Below are positions 10,901-21,924 of a stretch of 64,000 bases of DNA, one piece after another. Numbering within the stretch: position 1 is the stretch's first letter; every line of letters begins with the position of its first letter. The notes below the pieces were generated by a model, which was not told the DNA's origin, searched no databases, and saw only the letters and a program-made list of their open reading frames with translations. Origin of the DNA: Bacteroidales bacterium (GTDB taxonomy: Bacteria > Bacteroidota > Bacteroidia > Bacteroidales > M50B96); the NCBI GenBank assembly GCA_018401015.1, contig JAGYLP010000005.1, positions 30,411 to 94,410 of the forward strand. Direction: 5' to 3'. The translations under genes were made by a program, and so were the position numbers.

Positions 10901-10942
10901 AAAAAAAGAGGCTGTTTAATCCATAAACAGCCTCTTTTTTTT
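10901..10942 (+). terminator. Bidirectional intrinsic terminator
   Basis: AAAAAAAGAGGCTGTTTA-ATCCA-TAAACAGCCTCTTTTTTTT. Confidence 0.85.
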
Positions 10943-10979
10943 AAACTTGCTTCTCCTCATTTTAAGCCTAATCACTATC

Positions 10980-12164
10980 ATGAACTACCTATTATTCGAC
11001 GACCCTCAACGAGTGCATCTCTTACCCTTGGCTGCTACCCGACCCATTGCCGATTTTCGAATCGGAATCCTTACCCTCCGCGAAAAATGGAACCTGGCCT
11101 TGGGAAGCATCTGTTCAATACTCACCGAATCCTACCTTCAATCCAAGTATCCTGCTCATTGGGGAAAAGAGAATTTCCTCATTAATGGACGATTATTCCC
11201 CAGCCCGGAATTCCTCCAACTAATCGAATCACTTGAACCGGAACAAAAACTGGTGCAGGGAGATACGATTCTGGCAGTGCGCACCTCGCAGCAATATATC
11301 GAATCGTTTGAAACGCTTCAAGAACTGAAACTAAACGAAGTGGAAACAGCCATCGCCTTGCCCCAGTTTAAGAACCTGTGGGATATCTTTCAAATGAATG
11401 GCAGTTGGATCGAATTCGATTTTAAAAACCTGACCAAAAACCGTCAATCGGCACCCATTCCCCCAAGTATTCAAACCATAAGTCCGGAAAATATTTTTAT
11501 CGAAGAAGGAGCTACCCTGCACTTTTCCACTTTAAATGCATCCTCCGGGCCAATCTACATTGGGAAAAACAGCGAAGTGATGGAAGGTTCTCTCATTCGC
11601 GGTCCCTTTGCACTGCTCCACCACTCCGCAACAAAACTAGGAACCAAGATCTATGGTCCAACCACGATCGGTCCTCATTCCAAAGTGGGAGGCGAGCTAA
11701 ATAATGTGGTCGTGTTCGGCTATAGCAATAAAGCGCACGATGGGTTCCTTGGGAATGCTGTTCTGGGTGAGTGGTGTAATATTGGTGCCGACAGCAATAA
11801 CTCCAACTTAAAAAACAACTATGCCGATGTAAAAATATGGAGCTATGCTACCGAAAACCTCATCAGCAGCGGGCTGCAATTTTGCGGACTCATCATGGGC
11901 GATCATTCCAAGTGCGCCATTAATACCATGTTCAATACCGGTACCGTGGTGGGAGTAAATGCCAATATTTTTGGAGCCGGATTTCCCCCTACATTTGTCC
12001 CTGATTTTAGCTGGGGAGGAGCCGACGGATATAAAAACTACACCCTTCGTGTAGCGCTCCATGTGGCTAAATTGGTGATGCAACGACGAGCAATCGAATT
12101 GAGCAAAGCCGATGTCGAAATTTTAACCCATATTTACGAAAACACACAGCACCTCCGATCTTAA
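10980..12164 (+). CDS. GlmU-like putative sugar nucleotidyltransferase / hexapeptide-repeat protein
   Basis: LLPL..TRP..D.R.GILTLREKW, NKAHDGFLGN, GEWCNIGA, NSNLKNNY, left-handed beta-helix repeats. Confidence 0.85.
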   Translation: MNYLLFDDPQRVHLLPLAATRPIADFRIGILTLREKWNLALGSICSILTESYLQSKYPAHWGKENFLINGRLFPSPEFLQLIESLEPEQKLVQGDTILAVRTSQQYIESFETLQELKLNEVETAIALPQFKNLWDIFQMNGSWIEFDFKNLTKNRQSAPIPPSIQTISPENIFIEEGATLHFSTLNASSGPIYIGKNSEVMEGSLIRGPFALLHHSATKLGTKIYGPTTIGPHSKVGGELNNVVVFGYSNKAHDGFLGNAVLGEWCNIGADSNNSNLKNNYADVKIWSYATENLISSGLQFCGLIMGDHSKCAINTMFNTGTVVGVNANIFGAGFPPTFVPDFSWGGADGYKNYTLRVALHVAKLVMQRRAIELSKADVEILTHIYENTQHLRS

Positions 12165-12262
12165 TCGGCCATTATTTGTTGGTCAAACTGACAGAATGTC
12201 GCAATTAAAAAGATGCAGCATTTTTGTAAACTCAAACACCAATCACACTTAAGAACAGATAC

Positions 12263-14686
12263 ATGAATTTCGACGATATTATTGACGAACAAGAAGATGA
12301 ATTTATTTCCCTGTTTCCTTTCGAGGACATGAACAGCATGAATGCAGGAAGAAAACCCAAGTCCTTACCGATTCTGGCACTTAAAAACACCGTTCTTTTT
12401 CCCGGTGTCATTTTGCCCATATCGGTTGGGCGCCATAAATCCTTGCAGCTCATTAGGGAACAACATCGCGCCGACAAACTGATTGGTTGTTTAACGCAAA
12501 CGCAGTCGGATATTGATAATCCAAACCCCGAAGACCTGTATCAAATTGGAACGGTTGCCAAGATTCTCAAAATTATTGAATCGCCCGATGGCTATACTAC
12601 CGTAATCCTGCAAGGGAAACGACGCTTCCGGGTTATTGAGATGGTTCAAACCGAGCCATACTTTAAGGCCAATGTCACCTACGTTAAAGAGAGTTCAATC
12701 GTTTCCGATCCACGCGAATTTCACGCAGTGATGAGTTCCATCAAGGATTTGGCCTTGCAAATTGCTGCTTCCCTCCCCCAAGGGAGCGACGAAGTGCAAT
12801 ACGCTCTGAAAAACATCAAGTCCGACCACCAACTCATTAATATCATTTCGAATTTTCTCGAAGCCCCGGCCGACCAGAAGCAAGAAATTTTGGAATTGAC
12901 ATTGATCGATGAGCAGGCTATGAAAACGCTGACTCATGTACAGCGGCAAGCACAAATTAATCAGCTGAAAAACGAAGTACAGGCCAAGGTTAAAAAGGAA
13001 ATCGATCAGCAACAACGAGAATATTTTCTGCATCAGCAAATGCGGACTATTCAGGAAGAATTAGGACAAGGTGGTCCCGATTCCGAAATAGAAGAAATGA
13101 AGGCCAAAGCGGCCGACAAAAAGTGGAACGCAGCAACGGCAGAGCGCTTCGATAAAGAATTGACTAAGCTGAGTCGAACCAACCCGGCCTCGCCCGAATG
13201 GAGTATCCAGATTAATTACCTCAATACGCTGCTCGACCTCCCCTGGGACGAGTATTCGTCCGATAATTTCGACCTACACCATGCCAAGAATATTCTCGAC
13301 CAAGATCACTTTGGCTTAGAAAAAGTAAAAGATCGCATACTTGAACATTTGGCAGTTCTTAAGCTGAAAGGCGATTTAAAATCGCCCATTCTTTGCTTGC
13401 ATGGCCCTCCCGGCGTTGGGAAAACCTCCTTGGGTAAATCCATTGCACGAGCCATTGGTCGCAGTTATGTTCGCATTTCCCTTGGTGGATTACACGACGA
13501 ATCGGAAATTCGTGGTCATCGGAAAACCTACATCGGAGCTATGCCCGGACGGATCATCCAGAATATTCGAAAAGCAGGTAGTGGAAATCCGGTATTTGTG
13601 CTCGACGAAATCGACAAAGTAGGATCCGATTTCCGAGGCGACCCTTCATCGGCCTTGCTCGAAGTTCTCGACCCGGAGCAAAACAACAGCTTCCACGATA
13701 ATTACCTGGAACTCGACTACGACTTATCCAAGGTTATGTTTATTGCTACAGCGAATACAACCTCCACCATGGCTCCGGCCCTGCTCGATCGGATGGAATT
13801 GATCGATGTGAGCGGTTATCTAGTGGAAGAAAAGGTAGAAATTGCGAAACGCCACCTTATTCCCAAGCAATTGGAAAATCATGGGTTGAGCAAACAACAC
13901 CTCAGCTTCCCCAAAAAAATCGTTGAACTAATTATTGAGCAATACACCCGTGAATCGGGAGTAAGACAACTGGAAAAGAAATTTGCAAAAATCTGTCGCC
14001 ATGTAGCTAAGCTGGTTGCATCAGACGAAGATTATACCACTAAAGTATCGGAGTCCTTCCTGACCGAAATATTAGGACCACCGGAATACCTCAAGAACTC
14101 GTATCAAACAAACGAATCGGCAGGTGTGGTTAATGGTCTTGCCTGGACTGCTACCGGAGGTCAACTCCTCTACATTGAAACCAGCCTCAGCAAAGGGAAA
14201 GGTAACCTGACCCTAACCGGGAATTTGGGCAACGTGATGAAAGAATCGGCGGTTATTGCTTTGGAATACATTAAATCGCATTGCGAAAACCTAAGCATCG
14301 ATCCGGAAATCTTCGACAACTACAACATCCACTTGCATGTGCCCGAAGGAGCAATCCCAAAGGACGGTCCATCGGCCGGTATTACCATGGCAACTTCGAT
14401 GGCCTCGGCCTTCACCCAACGAAAAGTGAAGAACCAACTTGCCATGACGGGTGAGATAACCTTGAGGGGTAAAGTGCTACCTGTAGGAGGAATCAAAGAA
14501 AAGATCCTGGCAGCCAAGCGCGCCAACATCAAGGAAATTGTCATTTCGGAAGAAAATAAAAACGACATTTCGCAAATTAAGGAAGACTACATTAAAGGTC
14601 TTACCATTCATTATGTGAAAGATATACTCGACGTACTTGAATTAGCCTTGACTCAGGAAAAGGTTAAAAACGCTCGAAAGCTCTAA
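12263..14686 (+). CDS. lon: ATP-dependent protease La
   Basis: [35 protein letters not shown] catalytic Ser. Confidence 0.98.
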   Translation: MNFDDIIDEQEDEFISLFPFEDMNSMNAGRKPKSLPILALKNTVLFPGVILPISVGRHKSLQLIREQHRADKLIGCLTQTQSDIDNPNPEDLYQIGTVAKILKIIESPDGYTTVILQGKRRFRVIEMVQTEPYFKANVTYVKESSIVSDPREFHAVMSSIKDLALQIAASLPQGSDEVQYALKNIKSDHQLINIISNFLEAPADQKQEILELTLIDEQAMKTLTHVQRQAQINQLKNEVQAKVKKEIDQQQREYFLHQQMRTIQEELGQGGPDSEIEEMKAKAADKKWNAATAERFDKELTKLSRTNPASPEWSIQINYLNTLLDLPWDEYSSDNFDLHHAKNILDQDHFGLEKVKDRILEHLAVLKLKGDLKSPILCLHGPPGVGKTSLGKSIARAIGRSYVRISLGGLHDESEIRGHRKTYIGAMPGRIIQNIRKAGSGNPVFVLDEIDKVGSDFRGDPSSALLEVLDPEQNNSFHDNYLELDYDLSKVMFIATANTTSTMAPALLDRMELIDVSGYLVEEKVEIAKRHLIPKQLENHGLSKQHLSFPKKIVELIIEQYTRESGVRQLEKKFAKICRHVAKLVASDEDYTTKVSESFLTEILGPPEYLKNSYQTNESAGVVNGLAWTATGGQLLYIETSLSKGKGNLTLTGNLGNVMKESAVIALEYIKSHCENLSIDPEIFDNYNIHLHVPEGAIPKDGPSAGITMATSMASAFTQRKVKNQLAMTGEITLRGKVLPVGGIKEKILAAKRANIKEIVISEENKNDISQIKEDYIKGLTIHYVKDILDVLELALTQEKVKNARKL

Positions 14687-14719
14687 AAAAAGCCCGACTA
14701 CTCCGTCGGGCTTTTTTTT
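14685..14719 (+). terminator. Bidirectional intrinsic terminator after lon
   Basis: AAAAAAAGCCCGAC-TACTCC-GTCGGGCTTTTTTTT. Confidence 0.88.
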
Positions 14720-14860
14720 ACTCATTATTTTCATTCTATGGAGAAGTTTGAAGACCTTTTTGGTGGCCCAGAAACAGGCAATCGTCCGAAGGAAATGCCT
14801 GCTACTTAAAGGCCTTTCATCCTGGGGACGACCTCATCAGCCTAAATAATAATCCGGGTC

Positions 14861-16096
14861 TTACGCAATCACCTTCCCTTTAAGAATAACGTTTTCAATT
14901 AAATTACTGCCGAAGGAATAGGGAATAAATTCGTATCCCGGAATCTCTTTCGTAATAAACACGTTGGCAATTTTCCCTTTGGCAATACTCCCATGCGTTT
15001 CGGATAAACCCATGGCATAAGCTGTATTTTTCGTTACGGCATTAAAAACTTCCTCGGGCAAGAGCCTTAATTTAATGCATCCGAAGGAGCAAATCAGGCT
15101 CATGTTGCCGCTTGGAGCCGAACCCGGATTAAAATCTGAGGCCAGAGCGAGCGGAAGGCCTGAATCGATCATTTTGCGAGCGGGCGGGTCAATCATACCT
15201 AAAAAGAAAGCGGCACCCGGCAAAAGGGTTGGCATGGTGTCCGAGTTTAATAAAGCTTCGATTTCGGCATCGCCAGTAAATTCGAGGTGATCCACAGAAA
15301 GCGCCTGATACTTGACACCCGCCTGAATACCACCCGAATAATCGAGTTCATTCGCGTGTATTTTAGCCCGCAAGCCATGTTTCATACCCGCCAGGAGAAT
15401 CCGCTCGGTTTCTTCGACAGTAAAAAAGCCTTTATCGCAAAATACATCAATGTAATCGGCCAATTCCTCAGCAGCAACCAAAGGAAGCATTTCGTGAATC
15501 ACCACATCGACAAATTCCGATTGCCGGGTTTTATATTCGGCCGGAACAGCATGAGCGCCCAAAAAAGTTGCCACCACGGTCAAGGGTGCTGTTTCCTTAA
15601 TCCGTTTAATTACTCGAAGCATTTTCAACTCATCTTCAACCGTGAGACCATAGCCCGACTTGATTTCTACAGCGCCTGTTCCCATTCGAACAATTTCATC
15701 GATGCGTTTCATCGACTGCTGGTAAAGCTCATCTTCCGACGTTTCGTGGAGCAGCTTGGCAGAATTAAGAATACCTCCACCGCGCTTAGCAATTTCCTCG
15801 TAGGACAAGCCTTTTATTTTATCGATGTATTCAATTTCGCGACTGCCGGCATACACCAAATGGGTATGCGAATCGCAATACGACGGGAAAACTAATTTCC
15901 CGCTGGCATCGATGATGGTTTCGGCCTCGTAGGTACAACGTTCCATTGGTCCAAAATCGACAATTGTTTCTCCTTCCATGAAAAGAAATGCATTCTCAAT
16001 GGATGGTAAATGAGCCATTGATTCGCCGGCAACCCAGGGGCGGTGCTCTTCTTCAACTTGCACCAGTTTTTTAATATTGGTAATTAGTATCGACAT
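14861..16096 (-). CDS. hutI: Imidazolonepropionase
   Basis: DSHTHLVYAG, GGGIL, EIKSGYGL, DVFCD, SVDHLE, ASDFNPGS. Confidence 0.96.
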   Translation of the reverse strand: MSILITNIKKLVQVEEEHRPWVAGESMAHLPSIENAFLFMEGETIVDFGPMERCTYEAETIIDASGKLVFPSYCDSHTHLVYAGSREIEYIDKIKGLSYEEIAKRGGGILNSAKLLHETSEDELYQQSMKRIDEIVRMGTGAVEIKSGYGLTVEDELKMLRVIKRIKETAPLTVVATFLGAHAVPAEYKTRQSEFVDVVIHEMLPLVAAEELADYIDVFCDKGFFTVEETERILLAGMKHGLRAKIHANELDYSGGIQAGVKYQALSVDHLEFTGDAEIEALLNSDTMPTLLPGAAFFLGMIDPPARKMIDSGLPLALASDFNPGSAPSGNMSLICSFGCIKLRLLPEEVFNAVTKNTAYAMGLSETHGSIAKGKIANVFITKEIPGYEFIPYSFGSNLIENVILKGKVIA

Positions 16097-16174
16097 ACCA
16101 TTCAGTTTGATTCTACATCGCACGAAATTACAACTTTGTAAACGGACTCACCCTTAAAAAAATCGATAAATCAT

Positions 16175-16182
16175 TACTTTTG
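16175..16182 (+). promoter_or_regulatory. -7 promoter element (TACTTTTG) for pheT
   Basis: Exact TAnnTTTG upstream of pheT. Confidence 0.6.
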
Positions 16183-16236
16183 TCGAACGGTCGATGACCT
16201 ATCAGCATTACAAACTCAGCCTTAACAAATTAAAGC

Positions 16237-18690
16237 ATGAAAATATCCTATCAGTGGTTAAAAGAATATTTACCAGAACTGCCTTCGCCTGAAAAAACAG
16301 CTCAAATCTTAACCAACATCGGCTTGGAAGTCGAATCGATGGAAAAGCACGAATCCATCCCGGGAGGATTAGAAGGGTTTGTCATTGGCGAAGTAATTCG
16401 ATGCGAGAAGCACCCCAACGCCGATACCCTGAGTAAAACCATTGTGAATATTGGAAACGACACGCTCCTCGATATTGTGTGTGGAGCACCCAACGTAGCA
16501 GCCGGACAGAAGGTCGTAGTTGCCACCGTGGGAACAACCATCTACCTGAAAGACGACAGTTTTCGCATTAAGAAATCCAAAATTCGTGGCGAAGTTTCCG
16601 AAGGAATGATTTGTGCCGAAGACGAGTTGGGTCTGGGAACTAATCACGATGGTATTTTGGTTTTAAGCGATGATCCGCAGCCGGGATTACCCGCACGCGA
16701 TTACTTCCGCATCGACAGCGACTACCTGTTCGAGATCGGGCTTACTCCGAATCGGATCGATGCCGCGTCGCATTATGGAGTGGCGCGCGACTTAGCTGCC
16801 TTCCTGGGTCAAGACCATAAAATCAAATTATACCAACCCTCGGTCGAATCGTTTAAGGTAGATAATCACGACCGTGTAATTGAAGTGGAAGTACAAAAAC
16901 CCGAAGCTTGTGTTCGCTATTCCTCCCTCAGTCTTAGTGGCGTAAAAGTGACTGAATCGCCGCAATGGCTCAAAAAGAAATTACAAAGCATTGGTCAGAA
17001 ACCCATCAATGCGGTGGTCGATGTGACTAATTTTGTGTTGCACGAAATTGGGCAACCCTTGCATGCCTTCGACGCCGACCAGATTGTTGGCAACAAAGTG
17101 TTGGTTAAAAGTCTGGCAGATAAAACCCCGTTTGTTTGTTTAGACGATTCGGTGAAAGAACTCAGCAGCGACGATTTGATGATTTGTAACGAAGCCGGAG
17201 GCATGTGTATTGCCGGTGTTTTTGGAGGAAAGAACAGCGGGGTAACCTTCGAAACACAACATATCTTCTTGGAAAGTGCCTGCTTCGATTCCGTTTTTGT
17301 GCGTAAGACAGCCCGGCGTCATGGATTAAATACCGATGCCTCCTTCCGATTCGAACGCGGCAGCGACCCGGAAATTACCCTCTGGGCTCTCAAACGAGCT
17401 GCTCTGCTTATTCAAGAGATTGCCGGAGGAACAATTAGTTCGCCTGTCGATGATTGGTATCCGAATCCGGTTCCACGGGCCGAAGTAAACCTTAGTTATG
17501 CGAATCTGGACCGATTAGTTGGTAATTCCATTGAGCGCGACCTGGTTAAACAAATCCTCAAAGGATTGGAGATTCAAATCCTAAGTGAATCGAACGACGC
17601 GTTAAACTTAAGTGTTCCTGCCTATCGGGTCGATGTGAAAAGAGAAAGCGATGTGATTGAAGAAATTCTTCGCATTTACGGATACAACTACGTGCAAATT
17701 GCTCGTCAGGTTCGATCGACCTTGAATCACTGGCCCAATCCGAACCCATATCAGTTTAAGGAAAAAATTGCCGATTGGCTGGCAGCCAACGATTACAACG
17801 AAATGATGTGTAATTCCCTTTCGAAAGCTGCCTACTACGATTCTCTCCAGGAGCTGAAACCCGAAAACCTGGTTCGAATATTAAATCCTTTGAGTCAAGA
17901 TTTAAACGTACTTCGTCAGGACCTCCTTTTCGGAGGATTGGAAACCATTGCTTATAATGCTAACCGTAAAAACCCCGTGCTCCAATTATTCGAATTTGGA
18001 AACACCTATCGCTACGATGCATCGGTACAGGCCGATAATCCTTTGAGGAAATATAAGGAAGAAGAGCATTTAGGACTATTCATAACCGGTGCAGAAGCTT
18101 CGGGCAATTGGCTGAGGAAAGAATTCCGAAGCGATTTCTATCACCTAAAAACAACCGTTGACCTATTATTGAAACGAATGGGGATTTCGGCAGCACGACT
18201 TGAAAGCAAAGAGCTAAACGATGAGCTTTTCCTTTATGGTTTGAATTTCAGCATCCAAGGAAAAACTATAGTCGATTTTGGAGCTGTGCATCCGACCCTT
18301 TTACAACGCTTCGACATACAAGATCCGGTGTACTATGCCCGCTTCCATTGGACCGAGGTTTTTAAAATCGCGAAACAGCATCAGATTCAATTCTCCGATT
18401 TACCGAAATTCCCCATGGTACGCCGAGACCTGGCCATGATTTTGGATCAATCGGTCACGTTTGATTCGCTCGTAAACATTGCCCAAAAACTGGAGAAGAA
18501 ACTACTACGAAAAGTGACCATCTTCGATGTGTACCAAGGAAAAAACATCCCCGAAGGGAAAAAATCGTATGCCTTAAGTTTTTATTTGCAAGACGACACC
18601 AAAACACTGAACGACAAATACATCGACAAGGTTATGAATCAGTTCATGTCGGCCTTCGAGAAAGAATTAGGAGCACAGATTCGGTCCTAA
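16237..18690 (+). CDS. pheT: Phenylalanine--tRNA ligase beta subunit
   Basis: HPNAD, IVCGAPNV, SEGMIC, TPNR, RFERG, FDX-ACB domain RRDLA...GKKSYAL. Confidence 0.98.
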   Translation: MKISYQWLKEYLPELPSPEKTAQILTNIGLEVESMEKHESIPGGLEGFVIGEVIRCEKHPNADTLSKTIVNIGNDTLLDIVCGAPNVAAGQKVVVATVGTTIYLKDDSFRIKKSKIRGEVSEGMICAEDELGLGTNHDGILVLSDDPQPGLPARDYFRIDSDYLFEIGLTPNRIDAASHYGVARDLAAFLGQDHKIKLYQPSVESFKVDNHDRVIEVEVQKPEACVRYSSLSLSGVKVTESPQWLKKKLQSIGQKPINAVVDVTNFVLHEIGQPLHAFDADQIVGNKVLVKSLADKTPFVCLDDSVKELSSDDLMICNEAGGMCIAGVFGGKNSGVTFETQHIFLESACFDSVFVRKTARRHGLNTDASFRFERGSDPEITLWALKRAALLIQEIAGGTISSPVDDWYPNPVPRAEVNLSYANLDRLVGNSIERDLVKQILKGLEIQILSESNDALNLSVPAYRVDVKRESDVIEEILRIYGYNYVQIARQVRSTLNHWPNPNPYQFKEKIADWLAANDYNEMMCNSLSKAAYYDSLQELKPENLVRILNPLSQDLNVLRQDLLFGGLETIAYNANRKNPVLQLFEFGNTYRYDASVQADNPLRKYKEEEHLGLFITGAEASGNWLRKEFRSDFYHLKTTVDLLLKRMGISAARLESKELNDELFLYGLNFSIQGKTIVDFGAVHPTLLQRFDIQDPVYYARFHWTEVFKIAKQHQIQFSDLPKFPMVRRDLAMILDQSVTFDSLVNIAQKLEKKLLRKVTIFDVYQGKNIPEGKKSYALSFYLQDDTKTLNDKYIDKVMNQFMSAFEKELGAQIRS

Positions 18691-18752
18691 GGAATTTTCA
18701 ACACAATAATAGGATTCAACATTTCGATGCTGGGATGGTCGGGAGGTTTTGG

Positions 18753-18806
18753 ATTTAAAATTCAAGATTTAAAATTCAAGATTCAATCCCGATTCGTTGG
18801 GATTGA
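18753..18806. repeat. Five tandem heptamers (ATTYAAR-like) followed by a hairpin
   Basis: ATTTAAA ATTCAAG ATTTAAA ATTCAAG ATTCAAT, overlapping TCAATCCCGA-TTCG-TTGGGATTGA. Confidence 0.75.
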
Positions 18807-18816
18807 GTTTTAATGG

Positions 18817-20313
18817 TTAATTGCTTCGCTTGAAGAAGATTAAATCCTCCGATTCAAAATCGATTTCCCAATCCGACGAAGCTCTCAAGGATGCTAGTTT
18901 TTCTTCGTATGCTTCTTTCTTAAGCGGATAGGTATCGATAGGACGTGTTAGCAAGACGAGGTAATCGGTTTGCTCGTTGTAGAATGGAAACAAGTAAATT
19001 GAATCCCTAAAAGCCAGTCGATTAGCCAGAACATTGTGAGCACTTACCACTGCATCGTCGGGCACTTGCTTTAAGTCTTTTTGCACTTGGCGCACATCGA
19101 ATTGCCTTTCCCAGTGCGGCCCATAATAAAAGCGAATGTGAGAACTGTGGTAGTATTGACTGCGAGTAGGACTATCGAGCAGATGAATAGTGACGTAAAA
19201 ACTACTGATAAGAAATCCGATGAATAAGGGACGGAAGAACTTTTTAAACTGAAAATCTTTCAAGCTCAGAAACAGAGCCAGACTAATTAAAGGCACAAGC
19301 TCAATGGAATAATGATACAATACTCCCCACTTCACAGGGTCGTTATTCAATAATTTTTGACCTAGTATGGGAAGAGCCATCCACAAAATGGCCGGTTTAA
19401 AGAAGAAGAAAATGCCGCCCGACAATAAAAGAAAAAAGTGCAACTCCGACTTAATTCCTGCCGCATGTGCATACTGACCGCCAGCGGGAGCTTCGAACAA
19501 GAGCGCGAAATATTTATCGGGGTTTGCCAAGCCATCTTTAATCAAATGAAGAATTCCGCCCTCTAACACTTGATAATGATTATGCTGATACGCTTGCCCA
19601 TCGGCTGCCCAGGGCATCAAAACCTTCATTATCAACAAAAAAACAAACACAGAAGCGACTGAGAACCAGGCTGCCATTTTTCGCTGTGAGGCATCGCGCC
19701 AAAAATGGAAGCCCAATCCCATGGAAAGAAAGATGCTCCACAGGGCCATATTTTCTTTGCTAATCCAAATCAAAGCCAGGTAAATCCAGGCAGCAGGATA
19801 TTCTTTTTTCGAAAAATGATAAAAGAGCCACGGCACCAACATAGCCGCGATAACATTGTCGTGATAATCGAAACTCAAGGCAGAGAAGATCCCCCAAAGG
19901 CTGTAGAAATGCACTTGAGCCCAGGCTGCAATCTTGTCGGATTGAAACCAATTTCGAGCTAAAAAAAAGATTCCGATTCCTCCCCAAACCATGCTTATGA
20001 TTTGGAATATCAATAAGGTGTAACTACCAAATATGAACTGAAAAGGGGAAACTAAAACAGGTAATAAACAAAAATGGTCGCCCAGAATATTCCCAAAAAC
20101 TTTGTCGGGAAACATGAGTGTGGTTTCGTTCCATCGGCCTTGCATGTAATCGAACATGGCATTGTTCCGTATCCCCAAATCGTGAGCAAAAGTTCTGAAA
20201 TTGAAGTGATTGACCAACGACAAGCTCGAATAAATGAGCAGAAACAAGAGGGCAATCCAAACATAAGAAGGGAGCCGTAGTGAGCGGAAAACATCGCGTA
20301 ATCGGAACATCAT
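18817..20313 (-). CDS. DUF2079-type multi-pass membrane protein (GT-C glycosyltransferase-like)
   Basis: H.NFRTFAHDLGI, LGDHF, FDYH, KE motif after a TM helix, HYS; many TM helices. Confidence 0.75.
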   Translation of the reverse strand: MMFRLRDVFRSLRLPSYVWIALLFLLIYSSLSLVNHFNFRTFAHDLGIRNNAMFDYMQGRWNETTLMFPDKVFGNILGDHFCLLPVLVSPFQFIFGSYTLLIFQIISMVWGGIGIFFLARNWFQSDKIAAWAQVHFYSLWGIFSALSFDYHDNVIAAMLVPWLFYHFSKKEYPAAWIYLALIWISKENMALWSIFLSMGLGFHFWRDASQRKMAAWFSVASVFVFLLIMKVLMPWAADGQAYQHNHYQVLEGGILHLIKDGLANPDKYFALLFEAPAGGQYAHAAGIKSELHFFLLLSGGIFFFFKPAILWMALPILGQKLLNNDPVKWGVLYHYSIELVPLISLALFLSLKDFQFKKFFRPLFIGFLISSFYVTIHLLDSPTRSQYYHSSHIRFYYGPHWERQFDVRQVQKDLKQVPDDAVVSAHNVLANRLAFRDSIYLFPFYNEQTDYLVLLTRPIDTYPLKKEAYEEKLASLRASSDWEIDFESEDLIFFKRSN

Positions 20314-20465
20314 GAAAGAAAAGTTTTGGCAAATGAATCGGAAGCAAGTTTACGAAAAAGAAGGAGAAGGTGGGGTGTTCGCCAATGATTTCACTATCCT
20401 TCCTTAGGCGACATTCATCCTCAAAAAATCTTAAAGAACCTTTCTTGTTGCATGAACCATATTCC

Positions 20466-20473
20466 TACTTTTG
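20466..20473 (+). promoter_or_regulatory. -7 promoter element (TACTTTTG) for pgi
   Basis: Exact TAnnTTTG 22 nt upstream of the ATG. Confidence 0.65.
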
Positions 20474-20495
20474 CGCACATTAAAATCCAAACACT

Positions 20496-21836
20496 ATGAT
20501 TCACATAAACACCCACTTTACTGCCGATTTTTACACCCCAACGGAATGGGAAGCCTTATTGCCCGAAGGTGAAAAAGCCTTGAATACCTTGTACGAGGGG
20601 ACCGGAGCCGGGAATGAGTTCCTTGGTTGGTTAAATTTACCTGGCAACGTGACCACCGACACCTTGCAAGCAATTCAAAGCCAGGCAGCGAAGCTCCAAA
20701 AAATATCCGACTATGTCGTAATCATTGGTATTGGTGGTTCTTATCTGGGTGCACGTGCGGTGATTGAAGCACTGTCGAATTCGATTAGCCACAAAAAAGA
20801 AGGAGCCGATTACCCCCAAATCCTTTACGCCGGTCATCAGCTTTCGGGCGACTACCTCCACGAACTTGTTCATTTCCTACGCGATAAACGATTCTCACTT
20901 ATCTCAATTAGTAAATCGGGCACCACAACCGAACCGGCCATCGCTTTCCGAATACTGAAAAATCTTTTAGAGAATCAAGTTGGGAAAGAAGGCCTGTCGG
21001 AACGCATTGTAGCTGTGACCGACGCAAATAAAGGAGCCCTTCGGATGCTCACAAAAGAACTTGAGTTACCAAGCTACGTTATTCCCGATAATGTAGGCGG
21101 TCGATTCAGCGTATTTACTCCTGTAGGATTATTGCCCATTGCAGCCGCTGGTTTCGACATTGCCGAACTTATTCGCGGGGCTCGTCAAATGGAAGCCAAA
21201 CTTTTCAACGATCGTTCGGTCGAATCCAATCCGGCGTTGCATTATGCCCTTACTCGAAATCTCTTATATCGGAAAGGTTACACGAACGAAGTATTGATTA
21301 ACTACCACCCCAAACTTGCATATTTGAGCGAGTGGTGGAAACAACTCTATGGCGAAAGCGAAGGTAAAGATGGCAAAGGAATTTTTCCGGCATCGGTTCA
21401 ATTCACCACCGATCTGCACAGCATGGGACAATACCTTCAAGATGGAAAACGAAACCTTTTCGAAACCATTTTGCGTGTTAAACAAGGAAACTATTCTCCC
21501 GAGATACCTATGGGCGCCGACGACTTTGACCAACTGAATTACCTCGCAGGCAAATCCCTCGATTGGGTAAACGAAATGGCCGACAAAGGCACCCTGCTCG
21601 CACACCTCGACGGAGGAGTACCTCCCATCCAAATTGAGATAGACCGACTCGACGAGTTTCATTTGGGTCAATTACTATTTTTCTACGAAGTGGCCTGCGG
21701 AATCAGTGCCTACCTCCTTGGGGTGAATCCCTTCGATCAGCCCGGAGTGGAAGCTTACAAGAAGAATATGTTCGCCCTGCTTGGGAAGCCCGGCTTCGAA
21801 AAAGAAAATCAAGCACTCAAGGCGCGCTTAGGCTAA
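20496..21836 (+). CDS. pgi: Glucose-6-phosphate isomerase
   Basis: IGIGGSYLGA, SKSGTTTEP, VGGRFSV, QLYGESEGK, NPFDQPGVEAYK. Confidence 0.98.
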   Translation: MIHINTHFTADFYTPTEWEALLPEGEKALNTLYEGTGAGNEFLGWLNLPGNVTTDTLQAIQSQAAKLQKISDYVVIIGIGGSYLGARAVIEALSNSISHKKEGADYPQILYAGHQLSGDYLHELVHFLRDKRFSLISISKSGTTTEPAIAFRILKNLLENQVGKEGLSERIVAVTDANKGALRMLTKELELPSYVIPDNVGGRFSVFTPVGLLPIAAAGFDIAELIRGARQMEAKLFNDRSVESNPALHYALTRNLLYRKGYTNEVLINYHPKLAYLSEWWKQLYGESEGKDGKGIFPASVQFTTDLHSMGQYLQDGKRNLFETILRVKQGNYSPEIPMGADDFDQLNYLAGKSLDWVNEMADKGTLLAHLDGGVPPIQIEIDRLDEFHLGQLLFFYEVACGISAYLLGVNPFDQPGVEAYKKNMFALLGKPGFEKENQALKARLG

Positions 21837-21924
21837 TTCAATCGTTGTCGCTTTTCTTTTAACAAAGCATCATAAACTTAGCCCTGGGACGTTTGATTCC
21901 ATATCAAAAGATTAAATTTGCAAC

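Noticed and set aside
18753-18787. CRISPR array or iterons
   Set aside because: Contiguous 7-bp units, no spacers, no cas or rep gene.
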